Of a DNA stretch of 64,000 nucleotides, positions 61,448 through 64,000 are shown piece by piece. The notes beneath the pieces were generated by a model. That model did no database searches, had not been told where the DNA came from, and worked only from the letters and a program-made list of their open reading frames with translations. The DNA lies in assembly GCA_016748015.1 (NCBI GenBank), contig JAAOMT010000597.1, forward strand, positions 62,001 through 126,000, given 5' to 3'. A program made the translations under genes and the position numbers. Source of the stretch: Geosiphon pyriformis uo1. Lineage: Eukaryota; Fungi; Glomeromycota. Within the stretch, counting starts at the first letter, position 1; each line of letters starts with the position of its first letter.

Positions 61448-64000
61448 TGTTACTAGACAAAATTAGAGATATTATTTAGCATGAAATTATTGTTATAATT
61501 CCATTCATTAATTAACATATATTATCATTTCAAATTATTACTTATTACATTAGCAAAATATCCAAAATTATCATTTAATTAATAACTCAATGTGTATATG
61601 ACACAAATGTAACCTAATTGCAATGATCAATCATGCAATACCCCGAACTATGTAACATTCAAAAAGTTCACCGAAATTTGTAGAAATTTGCCAAAATAAT
61701 TGATAGTTCACCAAAATATCTAATAGTTCGCAGAAATAACTTGTAGTTTGCCAAAATGTATCTTTAGTTCAGTGAAATTGTAGAAAATAGCAAAGTTCGA
61801 ATTCACAGAATAGTGTTACAACAAGTTGTATAAAAGAAGAGTGTTTCTCTTCGAGAAAATGTATCTTACTTCAGATTTAATAATTAGAATCATTCTTTAC
61901 ACACAAAAACAAAATAAATATCATATAAATTTAAAAAGCCAAATTCTTAAATTATTTCTCTTGAAATTAACCAATTCCTACTAACAGTTTTGAAATTGAT
62001 TAGCTACCAATTTCAGTAGACTGTTAAAACACTTCTAGGCCTGGATCCAAAATGACTTCCATAAATTATCAGTTTTACTTTTTTTTTTACATTTCTTTTA
62101 TTTTCTTTCTTTTCTTATTATAAATCATTTGGGTAGCCTACAGATGAGAATTTCTGTAGAAGAGTTGACTTTTACAGCAAAGTAACTACACATTTTTAGT
62201 GAGCTTCCAGATGAGCAATTCCTGGGAAAGGGTTGACGTTTACTACAACGTAACTATACAAAGTAACTGGCACGGAATTGGCCATTCTACTTATAAGCCC
62301 AGCAGTTCAAATTATAGGAGATAATTTGAAAATAAATTCAGTTACTGGAGGTTCAACCACATCCAGAAAACGTGAATTCACAGCAAACAGGTATCAACAA
62401 CATTTAAGAAAAGAGACCAAAAACCTCCAGTAACATTTGGTGCTCTTTCACGGAAACAACACAGCAAAAACAAATTCAAAGTGGCAACCACACCAGACAC
62501 AACAACTCTAGAGTACTACCAGTCAATTTACACCCACTGCAAGCAAAGATTCAACATTCCAGACGGAATTGAAGTTGTCAAGAAATCAGTATACCAATAC
62601 ATTGAAAACCACATCAACAATTATCTTTTTGGAAATTACAATATTTCAGAAGTTAGAAGCAACCTTTATAATAATTTAGCACACTATTTATAGTTGGGAA
62701 CTGAAGACCTTAACAATAAAACACTTGCCACTTACTTTCAAGAACTTAATTTTAACATTATCAAGTACTGTGAAGAAACATATCCAGTACAGTCTCAATA
62801 CTCTATTGATTTTGAATTGGAAACAGAAACAAGCAACAAAGGCAAACACAAATTAAAGCAATACTCAAAAACCACCCCAAATACTCCAATACTACCAAAA
62901 ACAATTGCCAAACACTTACAAACACCTAAACAAGGAACAAGTTCAAAACTCCCACTCACCATCACACCTTTTCCAGCTTTACTTGCACAAGCACAAACAC
63001 TTAATTCACTCTTAAATTGATTTGTGAGACCAGAAGATTTTACATCACTCAGAAATCCCACCAGACAGCAAGAACCCCTTCAAACTAGTTCCAATCTTCT
63101 TGATTTTCTAGCTGAGAATCAAAGTGAACACTTTGAGACAACAGTGAACGAAGAAAACAACTCTGAAATAACTGAAAAAAAATCAATAGACAGTGAAAAC
63201 AAAGAAGACAAAATGACAGCATACATCACAAAAATTCCTGAATTTAATGGAGAAAACATTGAGACTAGTCCCCAAGAATGGCTCAATCAAGTTACTAAAG
63301 CTGGATATGCAAATGGATGGAATGCTGCCAGAATGTTAAGAACAATTTCCTACTTTCTCAAAAGAACAGCAGGAGAATGATTTGAAAACTTGGCCACTCT
63401 ATTCAATGATTGAGACACTTTCAAAGCAGCCTTTCTTGAACAGTTCACTGACAATAATACCTCTATCACTCTTTGAAATCGGTTTTGCAATATTAAACAA
63501 GAATCCTCCGAATCTGTTATGACTTATATTGGGAAATTTAACAAACTTCTTAGACAAATTTGCCAACTCAAAACAAACAATTATTATTCCGATGCTCAAA
63601 TCTTGGATTAATTTATCACTGGTCTAAAAGATAAACTAATTAAAAAGGTTTACCCACATGCCCCAGAAGATTTAAACTCTGCCATACAGCATGTGAAAAG
63701 ATACAAAATGGCCATGGAAGAGGCCAATCGCACAAAACTTGTGAATTTGGCAATTGGAGAAACCAGCTCAGCAGCTAAGGAAAAAATTGACCAACTCACA
63801 AAGAAGTTTGAAAATTATTTCACCAATCAACAACAACAACAACTCCAAAGATATCAACCATCTCAAAGACAAAATTAAAATAACTTTGCACCACTTTCTA
63901 ATAACCAGCCTCAGAATTGCCATTACTGTGGAATCTCTGGCCACTGGAAAGAGATTGCAGAAAGCTACAACAAGACCAACAAAATAAGAGTAATCAACAT
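61448..64000 (+). mobile_element. LTR element F, 5' part (LTR 61448-62435, PBS 62438-62455, gag running off the window)
   Basis: TGTTAC...GTAACA-TT-TGGTGCTC junction. Gag motifs MTAYITKIPEFNGE and AGYANGW, and a CHYCGISGHW...C knuckle at ~63918. Confidence 0.93.

Overview
AT-rich eukaryotic, intron-containing DNA. It looks fungal, and the gene and transposon style suggest Mucoromycota/Glomeromycotina (inference only). A ~5.6 kb island (about 31.85-37.45 kb) holds two convergent host genes: a PPZ-type Ser/Thr phosphatase (+, 3 exons) and Gemin2/SIP1 (-, 4 exons). The rest is nested retroelements. There are four copies of an RNase H-encoding LINE, one full length at 37.65-44.4 kb. There are also seven Ty3/Gypsy-like LTR elements, labelled A-G, in two nests: LINE<A<B at 4-31 kb and G<C<D<E<F at 45-64 kb. 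The LTR elements have an unusual architecture. A single Gag-protease-Cys-rich-dUTPase-RT-RNaseH frame stops after RNase H. A stand-alone integrase ORF follows, then a conserved ~220-codon ORF of unknown function before the polypurine tract. They have TGTTA...TAACA termini, 4-bp target-site duplications and non-initiator-tRNA primer sites. All repeats are riddled with C>T/G>A transitions that create many stops but few frameshifts, a RIP-like pattern. No rRNA, tRNA or CRISPR array was found.
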